Shown here: one piece after another, positions 8,528-20,272 of the stretch
Layout: each line of letters opens with the position of its first letter
How positions within the stretch are numbered: position 1 is the stretch's first letter
From: an uncultured Acidobacteriota bacterium
GTDB taxonomy: Bacteria > Acidobacteriota > Terriglobia > Acidiferrales > UBA7541
DNA: 64,000 bases
Assembly: GCA_963704455.1 (NCBI GenBank)
Contig: OY969905.1
Location: 3,417,159 to 3,481,158, forward strand
Direction of reading: 5' to 3'
Notes under the pieces: model-generated
Databases searched by the model: none
The model's input: the letters and a program-made list of their open reading frames with translations, nothing else
What the model was told of the DNA's origin: nothing
Program-made: the position numbers and the translations under genes

Positions 8528-11500
8528 ATGCAGAATGGAAATCATCACAGTCGTGAACGGCAACGCCTGGATTTCTCGAAGATCCAGAGCTCGATCCAGA
8601 TCCCGAACCTGATCGAGGTGCAGCGCAAATCCTATCAGCGATTCCTGCAGATGGATTTGCTGCCGAGCGAGCGAGAAGACGCGGGCTTGCAGTCCGTGTT
8701 CAGTTCCGTATTCCCCATCGGGGATTTCCGCGGGCTCTCGCAGCTGGACTTCGTGGACTACGCCATCGGCAACTGGGAATGTAAGTGCGGCAACCTGAAA
8801 GGGTTGCATCATCTTCGCGCCACCTGCCGGAATTGCGGGGCGTCAGTGGTCACGAACCCGTATCAGATGGGCGACGTAATTTGTTCGAAGTGCGGCACGT
8901 TCAACAAGAACACGCCGACCTTCTGCAATAAGTGTGGCGACCCGGTAGGGATGCAACTCAAATACGACGTGAACGAGTGCCAGGAGCGCGGGATGACTTA
9001 CTCCGCGCCGCTCAAGGTCACGATCCGGCTTACGATTTACGATAAAGATCCGGACACTGGCGCGAAAAATATCCGCGACATCAAAGAGCAAGAAGTCTTC
9101 TTCGGCGACATCCCGCTGATGACCGACAACGGCACGTTTGTCATTAACGGCACCGAGCGCGTAATCGTCAGCCAGTTGCACCGTTCGCCGGGCGTGTTCT
9201 ACGAAAGCGCGAACAACCGCACCTATTTCCTCGGCAAGATTATTCCTTACCGCGGCTCGTGGGTGGAATTCGAATACGACACGAAAAACCTTCTTTATGT
9301 TCGAATTGACCGCAAGCGCAAATTCCTCGGCTCAATTTTTCTGCGCGCGCTGGGGCTGAAAACCAACGAAGAGATTCTGCGGACGTTTTATCAGGTTGAG
9401 CGTGTCGCGCTGCGCGATGGCGACATCTACTGGAACGTCTCGGAAGGCCTGTTGGACCGCAAGCTTTCGCGAGAAATCAAGCACCCGAAGAGCGAGGAAG
9501 TAATCGTCGCGGCGCACAAGCGCATCACCGAGCCGCTCTACAAGGAACTGCTCAAGGGACGCGTCGCGCAAGTGGGAGTTTCGATTGGCGATCTCGAAGG
9601 CGCGTACACCGTCGCCGACGTCGTGAATCGCCAGACGGGCGAAGTGCTCGTCGAATCGAACAAGCCGATGACGGCCGAACTGTGGGCCGCCGCGGCCGAA
9701 GTTGGCATCACCGAAGTGGACGTGTTCTTCCCGGAGCGCGACGACATCGGCGTTGTGCTGAGCCGCACGCTCGACAAGGACGCCATCCGTTCGCCCCGCG
9801 AAGCGCTGATTGAGATTTACCGCAAGCTGCGTCCCGGCGACCCGCCAACGCTTGAAACCGCCACGGCCCTTTTCAACGGGATGTTCCTCGACCCGCGGAA
9901 GTATGATTTCAGCAAGGTCGGGCGTTTGAAGTTCAACATCAAGCTGGGTCTGGAAACTCCGCTCGAGACGCGCACGCTCGCCCCGACGGATTTCTATGCA
10001 TCCATCCGCTACTTGCTGAAGCTGCGTAAAAACATCGGTTCGGTGGATGACATCGATCACCTGGGCAACCGCCGCGTCCGCGCGGTTGGCGAACTGCTCG
10101 AAAACCAGTTCCGCATCGGCCTTGTGCGCATGGAGCGCGCCATCAAGGAAAAGATGTCTGTTTACCAGGAAATGTCCACGGCGATGCCGCATGACCTGGT
10201 GAACGCGAAGCCCGTCATGGCGGCGATCCGCGAGTTCTTCGGAAGTTCGCAGCTCAGTCAATTCATGGACCAGACCAACCCGCTTTCCGAGATCACGCAC
10301 AAGCGGCGTCTATCGGCCCTTGGTCCTGGCGGACTTTCACGTGAACGCGCTGGATTCGAGGTGCGCGACGTCCATCCCACGCACTATGGCCGCATCTGCC
10401 CGATTGAAACGCCGGAAGGCCCGAACATCGGCTTGATCAGTTCACTTTCCTGCTATGCGCGCATCAATGAGTTTGGCTTTATCGAATCGCCCTACAGCAA
10501 GGTGAAGGGCGGGCGCGTGCTCAATTACGTCCAGATCCTGAATGCGGGCGACAGCGAGTTCAAAGCGGGCGACATCGTCGAACGCGACAAAGTCGAAAAC
10601 GTAAACGAAGAACTGAAGCGGCGGCGCGTCACTTATGACCCGCACTGCTTCTACCTTTCCGCGTGGGAAGAAGACCGCTACGTCGTCGCGCAGGCAAACG
10701 TGCCGCTCGAAGACCGCGGCCGCATCATCCCGGAGCTTGTGAACTGCCGGCAGGCGGGCAACTTCGTCCTGAAACATCGCGATGAGGTGGACTACATTGA
10801 CGTTTCGCCGAAGCAGCTCGTCAGCGTGGCCGCCAGTTTGATCCCGTTCCTTGAAAATGACGACGCGAACCGCGCGCTCATGGGTTCCAACATGCAGCGC
10901 CAGGCCGTGCCGCTCATCCGCGGTGAATCGCCGCTGGTGGGCACGGGCATGGAGCGAGTCACCGCGCGCGATTCTGGCGCGGTCGTGCTCTGCCGCCGCG
11001 AAGGCATCGTGGACCAGGTGGACTCAGAGCGCATCATCGTGCGCGTCGAATCCGACCACTCGGGCGTGCTGTCCCGCGAAGTGGGTGCGGACATTTACCA
11101 GCTCACGAAGTTCAAGCGCTCAAACCAAAATACCTGCATCAACCAGAAGCCGCTTGTTCGCGTGGGCGACCGCGTGAAGCAGGCGCAAGTGCTGGCGGAT
11201 GGCCCGTGCACGGACCGCGGCGAGTTGGCGCTTGGCCGCAACGTCCTCGTGGCCTTCCTGCCGTGGCGCGGTTACAACTTTGAAGACGCCATCCTGGTGA
11301 GCGAAAAGCTCGTCAAGGATGATTACTACACCTCGATTCACATCGAGGAGTATGAAATCGAAGCGCGTGACACCAAACTTGGCCCCGAAGAAATCACGAG
11401 GGACATCCCCAATATCGGCGAGACGTTTCTGCGCAATCTCGACGAGAGCGGCGTCATCCGCATCGGCGCGACCGTACGGCCCGGCGACATCATGGTCGGC

Positions 11501-12964
11501 AAGGTAACGCCCAAGGGCGAGACGACTCTCACACCGGAAGAAAAACTGCTTCGCGCCATCTTCGGTGAAAAGGCCGGCGATGTTCGCGACGCTTCCCTTT
11601 ATTGCCCGCCGGGCATTGAAGGCACCGTCGTGGACGTGAAGATCTTCTGCCGCAAGGGCGCTGAAAAGGACGAACGTCACCGCGCCATTGAGGCCGAGCA
11701 TGTTTTCAAGCTCGAGAAGAACCTCGCGGACGAAATCCGCATCCTCACCGACGAGCGGCTCAAGCGCCTTACGAGCCTGCTCGGCAACCAGAAGCTTGTT
11801 GCGGATTTGCACGACGAAAAAACCAACAAGCGCCTGCTCACCAAGGGCACGGAGCTGACGCGCGACATCATCGAGAAGGTCTCGACGCGCAACCTCAAGC
11901 GCTTGCGCTTGAATGACAAGGACCCGCTGCTCATCGAAAAGATTGACGAAATCGAGGAGATGACCTCGCGGCAGATTGACGTGCTTCGCAAGATCACCGA
12001 AGAACGCAAGGAAAAACTCAAGAAGGGCGATGAGCTGCCTCCGGGCGTCATCAAGCTTGTGAAATGCTACATCGCGATGAAGCGCAAGCTCTCGGTTGGC
12101 GACAAGATGGCCGGCCGCCACGGCAACAAGGGCGTCATCGCGAGGATCGTACCCGAAGAAGACATGCCGTATCTGCCGGACGGAACGCCGGTTGAAATCG
12201 TACTCAACCCGCTCGGCGTGCCTTCGCGTATGAACGTTGGCCAGATTCTCGAGACGCATCTCGGCTGGGCGTCTAAGGAACTCGGTCGCGCTCTTGCGCG
12301 CCTGCTCGACCGCGACGTCAAGGCGGAAGCGGTCCGCAAGTGGCTGAAGGAAGTCTTCGGCGATACCTCCATCTGGAAAAATATCTCCAGCATGACCGAC
12401 GAAGAAATGCACGAGCTCGCACACGGCCTCCGCGAGGGCGTTCCATTTTCGACGCCCGTATTCGACGGCGCGCGCGAAACGGAAATCCGCCACCTGCTCG
12501 AAGAGGCGGGGCTGCCCTCAGCGGGCAAGATCACGCTCTTTGACGGCATGACGGGCGACACCTTCGCGCAAAACGTGACTGTCGGCTTTATTTACATGCT
12601 GAAACTTTCTCATTTGGTTGACGACAAAATCCACGCTCGCTCCATCGGCCCCTATTCGCTTATCACGCAACAGCCGCTTGGAGGAAAGGCGCAATTCGGC
12701 GGCCAGCGATTCGGCGAAATGGAAGTCTGGGCGCTTGAAGCTTACGGCGCCGCGCACATCCTGCAGGAGTTGTTGACCTGTAAGTCAGACGACGTGTATG
12801 GCCGCGCGAAAATTTACGAGGCCATCGTAAAGGGCGAGCCGGGCATCGAGCCCGGAGTGCCCGAATCGTTCAACGTCCTCGTGCGCGAGTTGCAATCGCT
12901 CTGCCTTGACGTTGAATTGATGAAGCGCCAGCAGAAGCTACCGGTGCCGGAAGCCGCCGACTAG
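8528..12964 (+). CDS. rpoB: DNA-directed RNA polymerase subunit beta (carries a ~60-aa 4xCxxC insertion near the N-terminus)
   Basis: 1478 aa. Conserved blocks include [67 protein letters not shown] is upstream. Confidence 0.97.
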   Translation: MQNGNHHSRERQRLDFSKIQSSIQIPNLIEVQRKSYQRFLQMDLLPSEREDAGLQSVFSSVFPIGDFRGLSQLDFVDYAIGNWECKCGNLKGLHHLRATCRNCGASVVTNPYQMGDVICSKCGTFNKNTPTFCNKCGDPVGMQLKYDVNECQERGMTYSAPLKVTIRLTIYDKDPDTGAKNIRDIKEQEVFFGDIPLMTDNGTFVINGTERVIVSQLHRSPGVFYESANNRTYFLGKIIPYRGSWVEFEYDTKNLLYVRIDRKRKFLGSIFLRALGLKTNEEILRTFYQVERVALRDGDIYWNVSEGLLDRKLSREIKHPKSEEVIVAAHKRITEPLYKELLKGRVAQVGVSIGDLEGAYTVADVVNRQTGEVLVESNKPMTAELWAAAAEVGITEVDVFFPERDDIGVVLSRTLDKDAIRSPREALIEIYRKLRPGDPPTLETATALFNGMFLDPRKYDFSKVGRLKFNIKLGLETPLETRTLAPTDFYASIRYLLKLRKNIGSVDDIDHLGNRRVRAVGELLENQFRIGLVRMERAIKEKMSVYQEMSTAMPHDLVNAKPVMAAIREFFGSSQLSQFMDQTNPLSEITHKRRLSALGPGGLSRERAGFEVRDVHPTHYGRICPIETPEGPNIGLISSLSCYARINEFGFIESPYSKVKGGRVLNYVQILNAGDSEFKAGDIVERDKVENVNEELKRRRVTYDPHCFYLSAWEEDRYVVAQANVPLEDRGRIIPELVNCRQAGNFVLKHRDEVDYIDVSPKQLVSVAASLIPFLENDDANRALMGSNMQRQAVPLIRGESPLVGTGMERVTARDSGAVVLCRREGIVDQVDSERIIVRVESDHSGVLSREVGADIYQLTKFKRSNQNTCINQKPLVRVGDRVKQAQVLADGPCTDRGELALGRNVLVAFLPWRGYNFEDAILVSEKLVKDDYYTSIHIEEYEIEARDTKLGPEEITRDIPNIGETFLRNLDESGVIRIGATVRPGDIMVGKVTPKGETTLTPEEKLLRAIFGEKAGDVRDASLYCPPGIEGTVVDVKIFCRKGAEKDERHRAIEAEHVFKLEKNLADEIRILTDERLKRLTSLLGNQKLVADLHDEKTNKRLLTKGTELTRDIIEKVSTRNLKRLRLNDKDPLLIEKIDEIEEMTSRQIDVLRKITEERKEKLKKGDELPPGVIKLVKCYIAMKRKLSVGDKMAGRHGNKGVIARIVPEEDMPYLPDGTPVEIVLNPLGVPSRMNVGQILETHLGWASKELGRALARLLDRDVKAEAVRKWLKEVFGDTSIWKNISSMTDEEMHELAHGLREGVPFSTPVFDGARETEIRHLLEEAGLPSAGKITLFDGMTGDTFAQNVTVGFIYMLKLSHLVDDKIHARSIGPYSLITQQPLGGKAQFGGQRFGEMEVWALEAYGAAHILQELLTCKSDDVYGRAKIYEAIVKGEPGIEPGVPESFNVLVRELQSLCLDVELMKRQQKLPVPEAAD

Positions 12965-13106
12965 CGAAAACGATTTTGTATTTTTTGCAATTATGGGGGC
13001 GTTCCAGAAGATCGGGACGCTCCGGGCAGCGAATGTAAGGTTTCTTGCGCTCCGGAATTCCGGAGATGCCCGGCGGGCCCGGACCCGCCGGTAGGAGGAT
13101 GCCACC

Positions 13107-16100
13107 TTGTACCGCAGCAGCCCTTATGACCGCGCCAGCCTGATTGCCGATTTCGATTCCATCCGCATCAGCCTGGCCAGCCCCGAGCGCATCCGCTCGT
13201 GGTCGCACGGGGAAGTAACCAAGCCGGAAACGATCAACTACCGCACGTTCAAGCCCGAGCGCGACGGCCTTTTCTGCGCCAAGATTTTCGGGCCGGTGAC
13301 GGACTGGGAATGTTTGTGCGGCAAATACAAGCGAATGAAGCACCGCGGCGTGATCTGCGACAAATGCGGCGTCGAAGTCACGCTCAGCAAAGTCCGCCGC
13401 GAACGCCTCGGCCACATTGAGCTGGCTTCGCCCTGCTCACACGTGTGGTTCTTCAAGGGACTGCCCTCGCGCATCGGCAACCTGCTCGACATCAGCATGC
13501 GCGACCTCGAGCGCATTCTCTACTTTGAAGGCTACGTGGTAATCGACGCGGGCGACGTTCCGGGCATCAAGGAACGCGAAATGTTGCCCGAGGAAAAGTA
13601 CCGCGAAGTAGCCAAGGAATATCCCGGCCAGTTCCAGGCGCGCATGGGCGCGGAGGCGATCAAGGAACTGCTCAAGGGCGTGGACGTGGACAAGCTCAGC
13701 GAGACACTTCGCGAGCGCATGAAGACCGACCCCAGCCTCCAGAAGCGAATTAAGTTCGCGAAGCGCCTGAAAGTCGTTGACGCATTTCGCAAGAGCGGCA
13801 ACAAGCCCGAGTGGATGATTTTGGACGTTTTGCCGGTGCTTCCGCCGGAGCTGCGCCCGCTCGTGCCTCTCGACGGCGGCCGCTTCGCTACGTCAGACCT
13901 GAACGATCTTTACCGGCGAGTCATCAACCGCAATAACCGCTTGAAGAAGCTAATGGAGCTGCACGCGCCCGACGTAATCGTGCGCAACGAAAAGCGGATG
14001 TTGCAGGAAGCAGTGGACGCGCTCTTTGACAACGGCCGCCGCGGACGAGTCTTGCGCGGCACCAACAACCGGCCGCTCAAATCGCTTTCCGACACGCTCA
14101 AGGGCAAGCAGGGCCGATTCCGGCAAAACCTACTTGGCAAGCGCGTGGACTATTCCGGCCGCTCCGTAATCGTCGTCGGACCCGAACTGAAGCTGCACCA
14201 GTGCGGCTTGCCGAAAAAGATGGCGCTCGAACTCTTCAAGCCGTTTATCTACCATCGGCTGGAAGCCAGCGGCCACTGCACGACCATCAAGCAGGCCAAA
14301 GAGATGGTCGAGCAGCAGGACCCAATCGTGTGGGACATTCTCGAAGAGGTGATCAGCGAGCACCCCGTGTTGCTGAACCGCGCGCCGACTCTTCACCGCC
14401 TCGGCATTCAAGCCTTTGAGCCCGTGCTCGTGGAAGGCAAGGCCATCCGCATTCACCCGCTCGTCTGCACCGCGTTCAACGCGGACTTCGACGGCGACCA
14501 GATGGCCGTGCACATCCCGCTTTCGCCGGAAGCGCAGATTGAAGCTTCCGTGCTCATGCTCAGCTCGAACAACGTTCTTTCGCCGGCGCATGGCATGCCT
14601 CTTGTCATCCCGACGCAAGACATGATTCTTGGAATTTACTACCTGACAAAGGCCCGTCCGGGAACGAAGGGTGAGGGCCGCGCGTTCAGCTCGGTCGAAG
14701 AGATTTTGCTTGCACTGGAAGCCGGCGAAGTCGAATTGCTCACTCCCGTCCGTTTGCGGTACACCGGCGAAGTGATTGACCTCACCACCGCCTACGACGA
14801 CCAGGATGTGGTGCACGCCGAGCCTATCCACCTCAGCAAGCAATTTCTGAACACAACCGTTGGCCGCGCGATTTTTAACGATCACTTGCCCAAAGGCACG
14901 CCGTTCGTCAACGGTTTGCTCAAGAAAAAGGGCGTGCAGCTCCTTGTCCACTACGCCTATCTGCGTTACGGCATGGAGCGCACAGTGCTCATGCTCGATG
15001 AATTGAAGGAGCTGGGCTTCCTTTACGCCACCAAGGCGGGGATCTCCATCGGCATCGACGACATGGTTATCCCGGGCGACAAGTCCAAGCTCGTGGAAGC
15101 CGCCGAAAGGGAAGTCGTCAAGGTGCAGGAGCAATACCACGACGGCGCCATCACCAACGGCGAGCGCTACAACAAGGTCATCGATATCTGGGGCAAGGTC
15201 ACCGAACGCGTCGCTGACGAAATGTTCAAGGCGCTCGAGCAGCAAGACAAAGAAGGCATCATCAACCCGATTTACATCATGGCGGACTCCGGCGCGCGCG
15301 GATCCAAGCAGCAGATCCGGCAGCTTTCCGGGATGCGCGGCTTGATGGCCAAGCCCTCGGGCGAGGTCATTGAGACGCCCATCACGTCTAACTTCCGCGA
15401 AGGCTTGAACGTGTTGCAATACTTCATTTCAACCCACGGCGCCCGCAAGGGTCTCGCCGATACGGCGCTCAAGACCGCGGACTCCGGCTACCTTACTCGC
15501 CGGCTCGTGGACGTGGCGCAGGACGTCATCATTACCGAAGCCGACTGCGGCACGTCTGAAGGCATTTTCGTCGAGCCGATCCTCGAACAAGGCAAGAAGG
15601 AAGTCGAGCCGTTGCGCGACCGCATCGTGGGCCGCGTTTCGCTGGAAAAACTCAAGGATTTCGAGGGCAATGTCATCGTCGAGGTGAACCAGGAAATCGA
15701 CGAGGAGCTGGCCAACGCGATTCAGGCCGCGGGCGTCATGCGCGTAAAAATCCGTTCAGTGCTCACGTGCGAATCCCGCCGCGGAGTTTGCGCGCGTTGT
15801 TACGGGCGCAACTTGGCCAGCGGCCGCACCGTCGAGATGGGCGAAGCCGTTGGCGTTATCGGTGCGCAGTCCATCGGCGAACCCGGCACGCAGCTCACGA
15901 TGCGTACCTTCCACATTGGCGGCACGGCAAGCCGCGTGGCCGAGCAATCCGAACTGGAAGCGCGCAGCTCGGGCTTCGCCAAGTTTGTTGACCTGAAAAC
16001 GGTCAGCGGGCGCGGCGGCACCACCATCGTCATGAACCGTAACGGCCACGTCGCCGTAGTGGATGAAAAGGGGCGCGAGAAGGAGCGCCACGAAGTGCCT

Positions 16101-17309
16101 TACGGCACGCGCCTCCTGGTCCAAGAGACTCAGCCCGTCCAGATGGGCCAGAAAATGGCCGAATGGGACCCGTACACCTTCTCGATTCTCACGGAAGTTG
16201 GCGGTTCCATTCAGTTCAAGGATCTGCAGCCCGGCATCACAATTGAAGAGCAAGTGGACGAAGTCACCGGGCTTTCGCAGAGCGTCGTGATGCTGCCGCC
16301 GGAAGATGAAAAGCATCAGCCGACGGTTCTCATCCGCGATTCCGCGGGACGCGTCCGCAAGAAGTACTTGATGCCTTCGCGCGCTCACTTGATGGTCAAC
16401 GACGGTTTCGACGTGATGCCCGGCGACGTAATTGCGAAGATCCCGCGTGAGACCACGAAGACCAAGGACATCACCGGCGGCTTGCCGCGCGTTGTCGAGC
16501 TTTTTGAGACGCGCAAGCCCAAGGATCCCGCCGTCATAAGTGAAATTGACGGCCTTGTGAAATACGGTGAAGTCAGCAAGGGTCTGCGCAAGATCTACGT
16601 CGAGAGCGAAGACGGCAAAACGCAAAAGGAATACTCCGTCCCGCGCGGCGTGCACATCCAGGTGCAGGAAGGCGAGCGCGTCAAGGCGGGCGAGCCGCTG
16701 ATTGACGGGCCGCTCAACCCGCATGACTTGCTGGCCGTGCTCGGCGAGCGCTTCACGCAGGCCTATCTCGTCAACGCCATTCAGGAGGTTTACCGCCTGC
16801 AGGGCGTCACCATCAATGACAAGCACATCGAGACCATCGTCCGGCAGATGATGCGCTGGGTGAAGGTCGAGGACGTTGGTGACACCACCTTCCTTCTCGA
16901 AGAACAGGTGGACAAGTTCCGCTTCCGCGAGGAGAACGACCGCGTGCTTCAGAACGGGGACCGCCCGGCGACGGGCCGTCCGCTGCTGTTGGGCATTACC
17001 AAGGCGTCGCTCTCCACGGATTCGTTCATCTCCGCGGCGAGTTTCCAGGAGACAACGCGCGTGCTTACAGAAGCCGCTGTTGCTGGCAAGGTGGATTATC
17101 TCCGCGGCCTGAAGGAAAACGTGATCATGGGCCGCCTGATCCCCGCCGGCACCGGCCTCGAGTGGTACCGCAATATCCAATTGCTCACGCAGATGCCGGA
17201 GCCGATGCCGATGGAAGAAGCTGCCGCGCCGGACCTCACGCCGGAAGAAGCCGCCGCGCTCGACTTCCTGCGCAAGGATGCCGCGGGCGAAGCGACCGCC
17301 GAAAGTTAG
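13107..17309 (+). CDS. rpoC: DNA-directed RNA polymerase subunit beta'
   Basis: 1400 aa. N-terminal Zn-binding CxC...CxxC motif, [12 protein letters not shown] catalytic motif. TTG start with AGGAGG 8 nt upstream. Confidence 0.97.
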   Translation: MYRSSPYDRASLIADFDSIRISLASPERIRSWSHGEVTKPETINYRTFKPERDGLFCAKIFGPVTDWECLCGKYKRMKHRGVICDKCGVEVTLSKVRRERLGHIELASPCSHVWFFKGLPSRIGNLLDISMRDLERILYFEGYVVIDAGDVPGIKEREMLPEEKYREVAKEYPGQFQARMGAEAIKELLKGVDVDKLSETLRERMKTDPSLQKRIKFAKRLKVVDAFRKSGNKPEWMILDVLPVLPPELRPLVPLDGGRFATSDLNDLYRRVINRNNRLKKLMELHAPDVIVRNEKRMLQEAVDALFDNGRRGRVLRGTNNRPLKSLSDTLKGKQGRFRQNLLGKRVDYSGRSVIVVGPELKLHQCGLPKKMALELFKPFIYHRLEASGHCTTIKQAKEMVEQQDPIVWDILEEVISEHPVLLNRAPTLHRLGIQAFEPVLVEGKAIRIHPLVCTAFNADFDGDQMAVHIPLSPEAQIEASVLMLSSNNVLSPAHGMPLVIPTQDMILGIYYLTKARPGTKGEGRAFSSVEEILLALEAGEVELLTPVRLRYTGEVIDLTTAYDDQDVVHAEPIHLSKQFLNTTVGRAIFNDHLPKGTPFVNGLLKKKGVQLLVHYAYLRYGMERTVLMLDELKELGFLYATKAGISIGIDDMVIPGDKSKLVEAAEREVVKVQEQYHDGAITNGERYNKVIDIWGKVTERVADEMFKALEQQDKEGIINPIYIMADSGARGSKQQIRQLSGMRGLMAKPSGEVIETPITSNFREGLNVLQYFISTHGARKGLADTALKTADSGYLTRRLVDVAQDVIITEADCGTSEGIFVEPILEQGKKEVEPLRDRIVGRVSLEKLKDFEGNVIVEVNQEIDEELANAIQAAGVMRVKIRSVLTCESRRGVCARCYGRNLASGRTVEMGEAVGVIGAQSIGEPGTQLTMRTFHIGGTASRVAEQSELEARSSGFAKFVDLKTVSGRGGTTIVMNRNGHVAVVDEKGREKERHEVPYGTRLLVQETQPVQMGQKMAEWDPYTFSILTEVGGSIQFKDLQPGITIEEQVDEVTGLSQSVVMLPPEDEKHQPTVLIRDSAGRVRKKYLMPSRAHLMVNDGFDVMPGDVIAKIPRETTKTKDITGGLPRVVELFETRKPKDPAVISEIDGLVKYGEVSKGLRKIYVESEDGKTQKEYSVPRGVHIQVQEGERVKAGEPLIDGPLNPHDLLAVLGERFTQAYLVNAIQEVYRLQGVTINDKHIETIVRQMMRWVKVEDVGDTTFLLEEQVDKFRFREENDRVLQNGDRPATGRPLLLGITKASLSTDSFISAASFQETTRVLTEAAVAGKVDYLRGLKENVIMGRLIPAGTGLEWYRNIQLLTQMPEPMPMEEAAAPDLTPEEAAALDFLRKDAAGEATAES

Positions 17310-17344
17310 ACCGGTGACACAATTCAATTGAGTTCATTTCATTC

Positions 17345-17385
17345 AAAAGCCCGGCTGCGGAAGTGCAGCCGGGCTTTTGGTTTTC
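17345..17385 (+). terminator. rho-independent terminator after rpoC
   Basis: aaaagcccggctgc-ggaagt-gcagccgggctttt followed by ggttttc. Confidence 0.75.
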
Positions 17386-17404
17386 TGCGCAGATAAATTT
17401 GGAA

Positions 17405-18382
17405 TTACTTGCTCTTTGAGGTGGTTTGTGGCGCTCTGTCCACGCCAAAATCCCAAACAAAAATATTTAACCCGTCTTGCAGGATCACCGCCAGCGCGTA
17501 TTCGCCCGGCCCGACCGGCTGGCTCACTGTAAACCGGAAAACGCCCTTCGCCACCTGCCACTTCAACAACGAGATTGATTCGCGCTCTTCCGTTTTTTCA
17601 GAACCCGCCGGAGTGACAATCCACTCCACGCGCCGCGCGTCGCCATCGGGGACTGCGCGCAACATTTCAATGGTCGGCTCGGCGTCTTCCACATTGATGC
17701 GGTAATAAAATTGCAGCTCTCCGCCCGCTAGGCGGATTGGCGAATGCTTGCCCTTGATCACCACGCGTTGCCGCCCCGGCACAATTGGAATCGGCGAAAG
17801 CACCTTTTCCACCGCCCGGCCCTTGTCGGTTTTAATCTCGGTCTTCGTTTCCGTCAGTTGCACCACCTTTGTCCCGGCAAGCGCGAACATCCCTTCGTCC
17901 TGCGGCAAAATCACACCCGGTGCAACTTCCAGGCTCGCGTCAATATCGAGTTGGGGTATCGCTTCGCGGTTTTTCTCTTGCGTCGCAATACGCGAGGCAA
18001 ATTCTTTTTCCTTGGCCTCCTGCTCTGCTTCTGCCTTCGTCGTAGCGTCCCAATCCACAAGCGCTGCGGGGATCTCTTCCCACTGCGACTCCTGCAGGCT
18101 GTAATAGCGCACCGTCTCGCCCGACCGCGCGTATTCGCGCACCACTTGAACCGAGCCGTCCTTCAGAATCAGTTTTTTCCCGCGCGGCAGATTTGTCGCA
18201 TTCTGTTCGCTCTTTTCCTGTTTTGCAGCGGAGTCGGTTTGCTGCGGCGGGCCTTGCTGGGCCGGTGGCGGCTGTTGCCGCGCGCATAGCGCTCCGCCGG
18301 ACGCCGCGGCCAGCGTTAGCCACAACGCGATTCTCGTCGAGCGGTGATGGATTGGGACAGTCATTTTCGCAGTGCTCTGCAT
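17405..18382 (-). CDS. hypothetical secreted protein
   Basis: 325 aa. N-terminus has a signal-peptide-like hydrophobic stretch (IALWLTLAAASGGALCA). No recognised domain. Confidence 0.6.
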   Translation of the reverse strand: MQSTAKMTVPIHHRSTRIALWLTLAAASGGALCARQQPPPAQQGPPQQTDSAAKQEKSEQNATNLPRGKKLILKDGSVQVVREYARSGETVRYYSLQESQWEEIPAALVDWDATTKAEAEQEAKEKEFASRIATQEKNREAIPQLDIDASLEVAPGVILPQDEGMFALAGTKVVQLTETKTEIKTDKGRAVEKVLSPIPIVPGRQRVVIKGKHSPIRLAGGELQFYYRINVEDAEPTIEMLRAVPDGDARRVEWIVTPAGSEKTEERESISLLKWQVAKGVFRFTVSQPVGPGEYALAVILQDGLNIFVWDFGVDRAPQTTSKSK

Positions 18383-18582
18383 TGCCTGAATGCGGATACC
18401 AATGGGATGCGCTTTTGCCCCAAATTGGTTTTCAGTTCAGCCCGCGGTTTCTTTATCCCGCACGGCCAGCATAGCTCCTCACACGCGAAGCGGCAACCAC
18501 ATCCCCCTCGCCCTTTGGCGTGCCGCGCGCAGTGTGATAAATTGCGCTCACAATTGCGAATTTCTTTCCATTGGAGGACTTC

Positions 18583-19671
18583 ATGATGCATTTCAAATCG
18601 CGCCACGCACTGCGCCCGGCTGTTTTCGCTTTGCTCGTAACTTGCGCCGCGTCGATTACCGCGCAAACGCCACAAGTGTCTTCAGCGCAGCCGCCTTCGT
18701 CATTTGACATTGTCAAGGTCGCCGACGGCGTCTACGCCGCGATCGGCAAGAACGGTGTCTTCGGCAACGGAGCATTTATCGTTGGACAGGAAGGCGTGCT
18801 CGTAGTGGATACCCAGGCGCGTCCAGCTTGGGCAAAGGATCTCATCGCCGAAATCCGCAAGGTCACGGACAAGCCCGTCCGCTATGTCGTCAACACCCAC
18901 TGGCACGGCGACCACGTCCAGGGCAATCAAGCATATCTCGCCGAATTCGGCGGCAGCGTTGAATTTATCTCGCAGACCAACACGCGCGAGGACATGATTG
19001 CCCGCGGCGGTCCGCAATTGCAGCAGCAGGTCAGCACATCCATCCCCGCCGCCATCGCGCAAATGGAAAAGCAGCTTGCCGACGGCAAGGACGCGCAGGG
19101 CAACTCACTCACGGACGCCGCCCGCGCACTGCTTCAGGCGGCGCTCAAGGCGCAGAAGGAGAATCTCGACGCGATGAAGAGCGTCACGCTCATTCCCTCT
19201 ACCATCACTTACGAGAGCAGCATGGTTCTCCACCTCGCCGACCGCGAAATTGATCTGCTCCACTGGGGTCTGGCGCACACGCGCGGAGACACAGTCATCT
19301 ATCTTCCCAAGGAACACATCGTCATCACCGGTGACTTGCTCACGAATGGCATCCCCGTGATGCGAACCGCCTATCCTGTCGAATGGATCGCCACGCTTGA
19401 TGCGATTGACAAACTTGATTGGACCACCGCTATCCCCGGCCACGGCAACGTGCAGCAAGGCAAGACGCAGCTCGAGTCGCTGCTCGCCTATATGAAGGAC
19501 CTGGTTGGCGGAGTGAAGGCATCCGTCGCGAAAGGACAGACAATGGAGCAGGCAGAAACTTCGGTGGACCTTTCCAAATACAAGTCCACGTTCCCGAACT
19601 TCGATTCCGGCGGAAATAAATCAGCCATCGATCGCGCGTGGACTGAAATCTCCGGCAAGCCGATGCAATAG
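18583..19671 (+). CDS. metallo-beta-lactamase-fold hydrolase, secreted
   Basis: VVNTHWHGDHVQGN (HxHxDH motif). ATG at 18583 with GGAGG 5 nt upstream. Signal peptide MMHFKSRHALRPAVFALLVTCAASITA. Confidence 0.8.
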   Translation: MMHFKSRHALRPAVFALLVTCAASITAQTPQVSSAQPPSSFDIVKVADGVYAAIGKNGVFGNGAFIVGQEGVLVVDTQARPAWAKDLIAEIRKVTDKPVRYVVNTHWHGDHVQGNQAYLAEFGGSVEFISQTNTREDMIARGGPQLQQQVSTSIPAAIAQMEKQLADGKDAQGNSLTDAARALLQAALKAQKENLDAMKSVTLIPSTITYESSMVLHLADREIDLLHWGLAHTRGDTVIYLPKEHIVITGDLLTNGIPVMRTAYPVEWIATLDAIDKLDWTTAIPGHGNVQQGKTQLESLLAYMKDLVGGVKASVAKGQTMEQAETSVDLSKYKSTFPNFDSGGNKSAIDRAWTEISGKPMQ

Positions 19672-19760
19672 TTTGCTTAAAAATCAAAACGGCGTCCCAA
19701 TTTCCCGGAACGCCGCCATACGTTCGCCCTTTGAAGGGCTCAAAATCTCAGCACAGCTTC

Positions 19761-19991
19761 TTAATGATGGTAGCGCGGATACAATACCGTCAGCACCATC
19801 AAATCCGAAAGTGTGAAAAGCAGACGCTCGGCCTGCTCGCTCGCAGCTTCGGCTGCAGCCTCGGCCGCGCGTGCCAGAAAACCCAGATGGCGGCTGCGCG
19901 CAAGTTCGCGCAGATCTTCCAGCCCGATCCCCGTGAGGACGGAGACTTCGTCTTCGGTAAAAAGTTTCTGGCTGGATCGGACTTTAACCAA
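19761..19991 (-). CDS. hypothetical small protein (uncertain)
   Basis: 76-aa ORF. No homology recognised. Could be spurious. Confidence 0.25.
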   Translation of the reverse strand: MVKVRSSQKLFTEDEVSVLTGIGLEDLRELARSRHLGFLARAAEAAAEAASEQAERLLFTLSDLMVLTVLYPRYHH

Positions 19992-20272
19992 GTCTAAATT
20001 CCTCCCACTTACTTAGATGCCGCGACCATTTTATTGGCTGCTCATTCTCCCTGCAATAGTGCTTCCGTTCTAGTGGCCTATAGGTCAAGAGGACTAGTCC
20101 CCTGCAATTTGTTCAGCCATAAGGATTTAGAGCGAAATTTCGGTGGGACAGCAGCTATCCATTATCTCAAGAAAACGGAATCACGGAAATTTCTACAGCT
20201 TTTCGGAAGCAACTTTCAATTCGCGCGGCACAAAATGTGAAGAAACTTGCAGACAATTCGCAATTCTTGAAA

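Noticed and set aside
9332-17327. Many long ORFs antisense to rpoB/rpoC (e.g. 9332-10300, 11120-12493, 14130-15419, 15756-17327) and to other genes (tuf 4242-5138, atpA 42732-44345, atpD 46068-47180).
   Set aside because: These are typical high-GC antisense shadow ORFs. The sense strand encodes unmistakable conserved proteins. The antisense translations are Arg/Ala/His-rich low-complexity sequences with no motifs.
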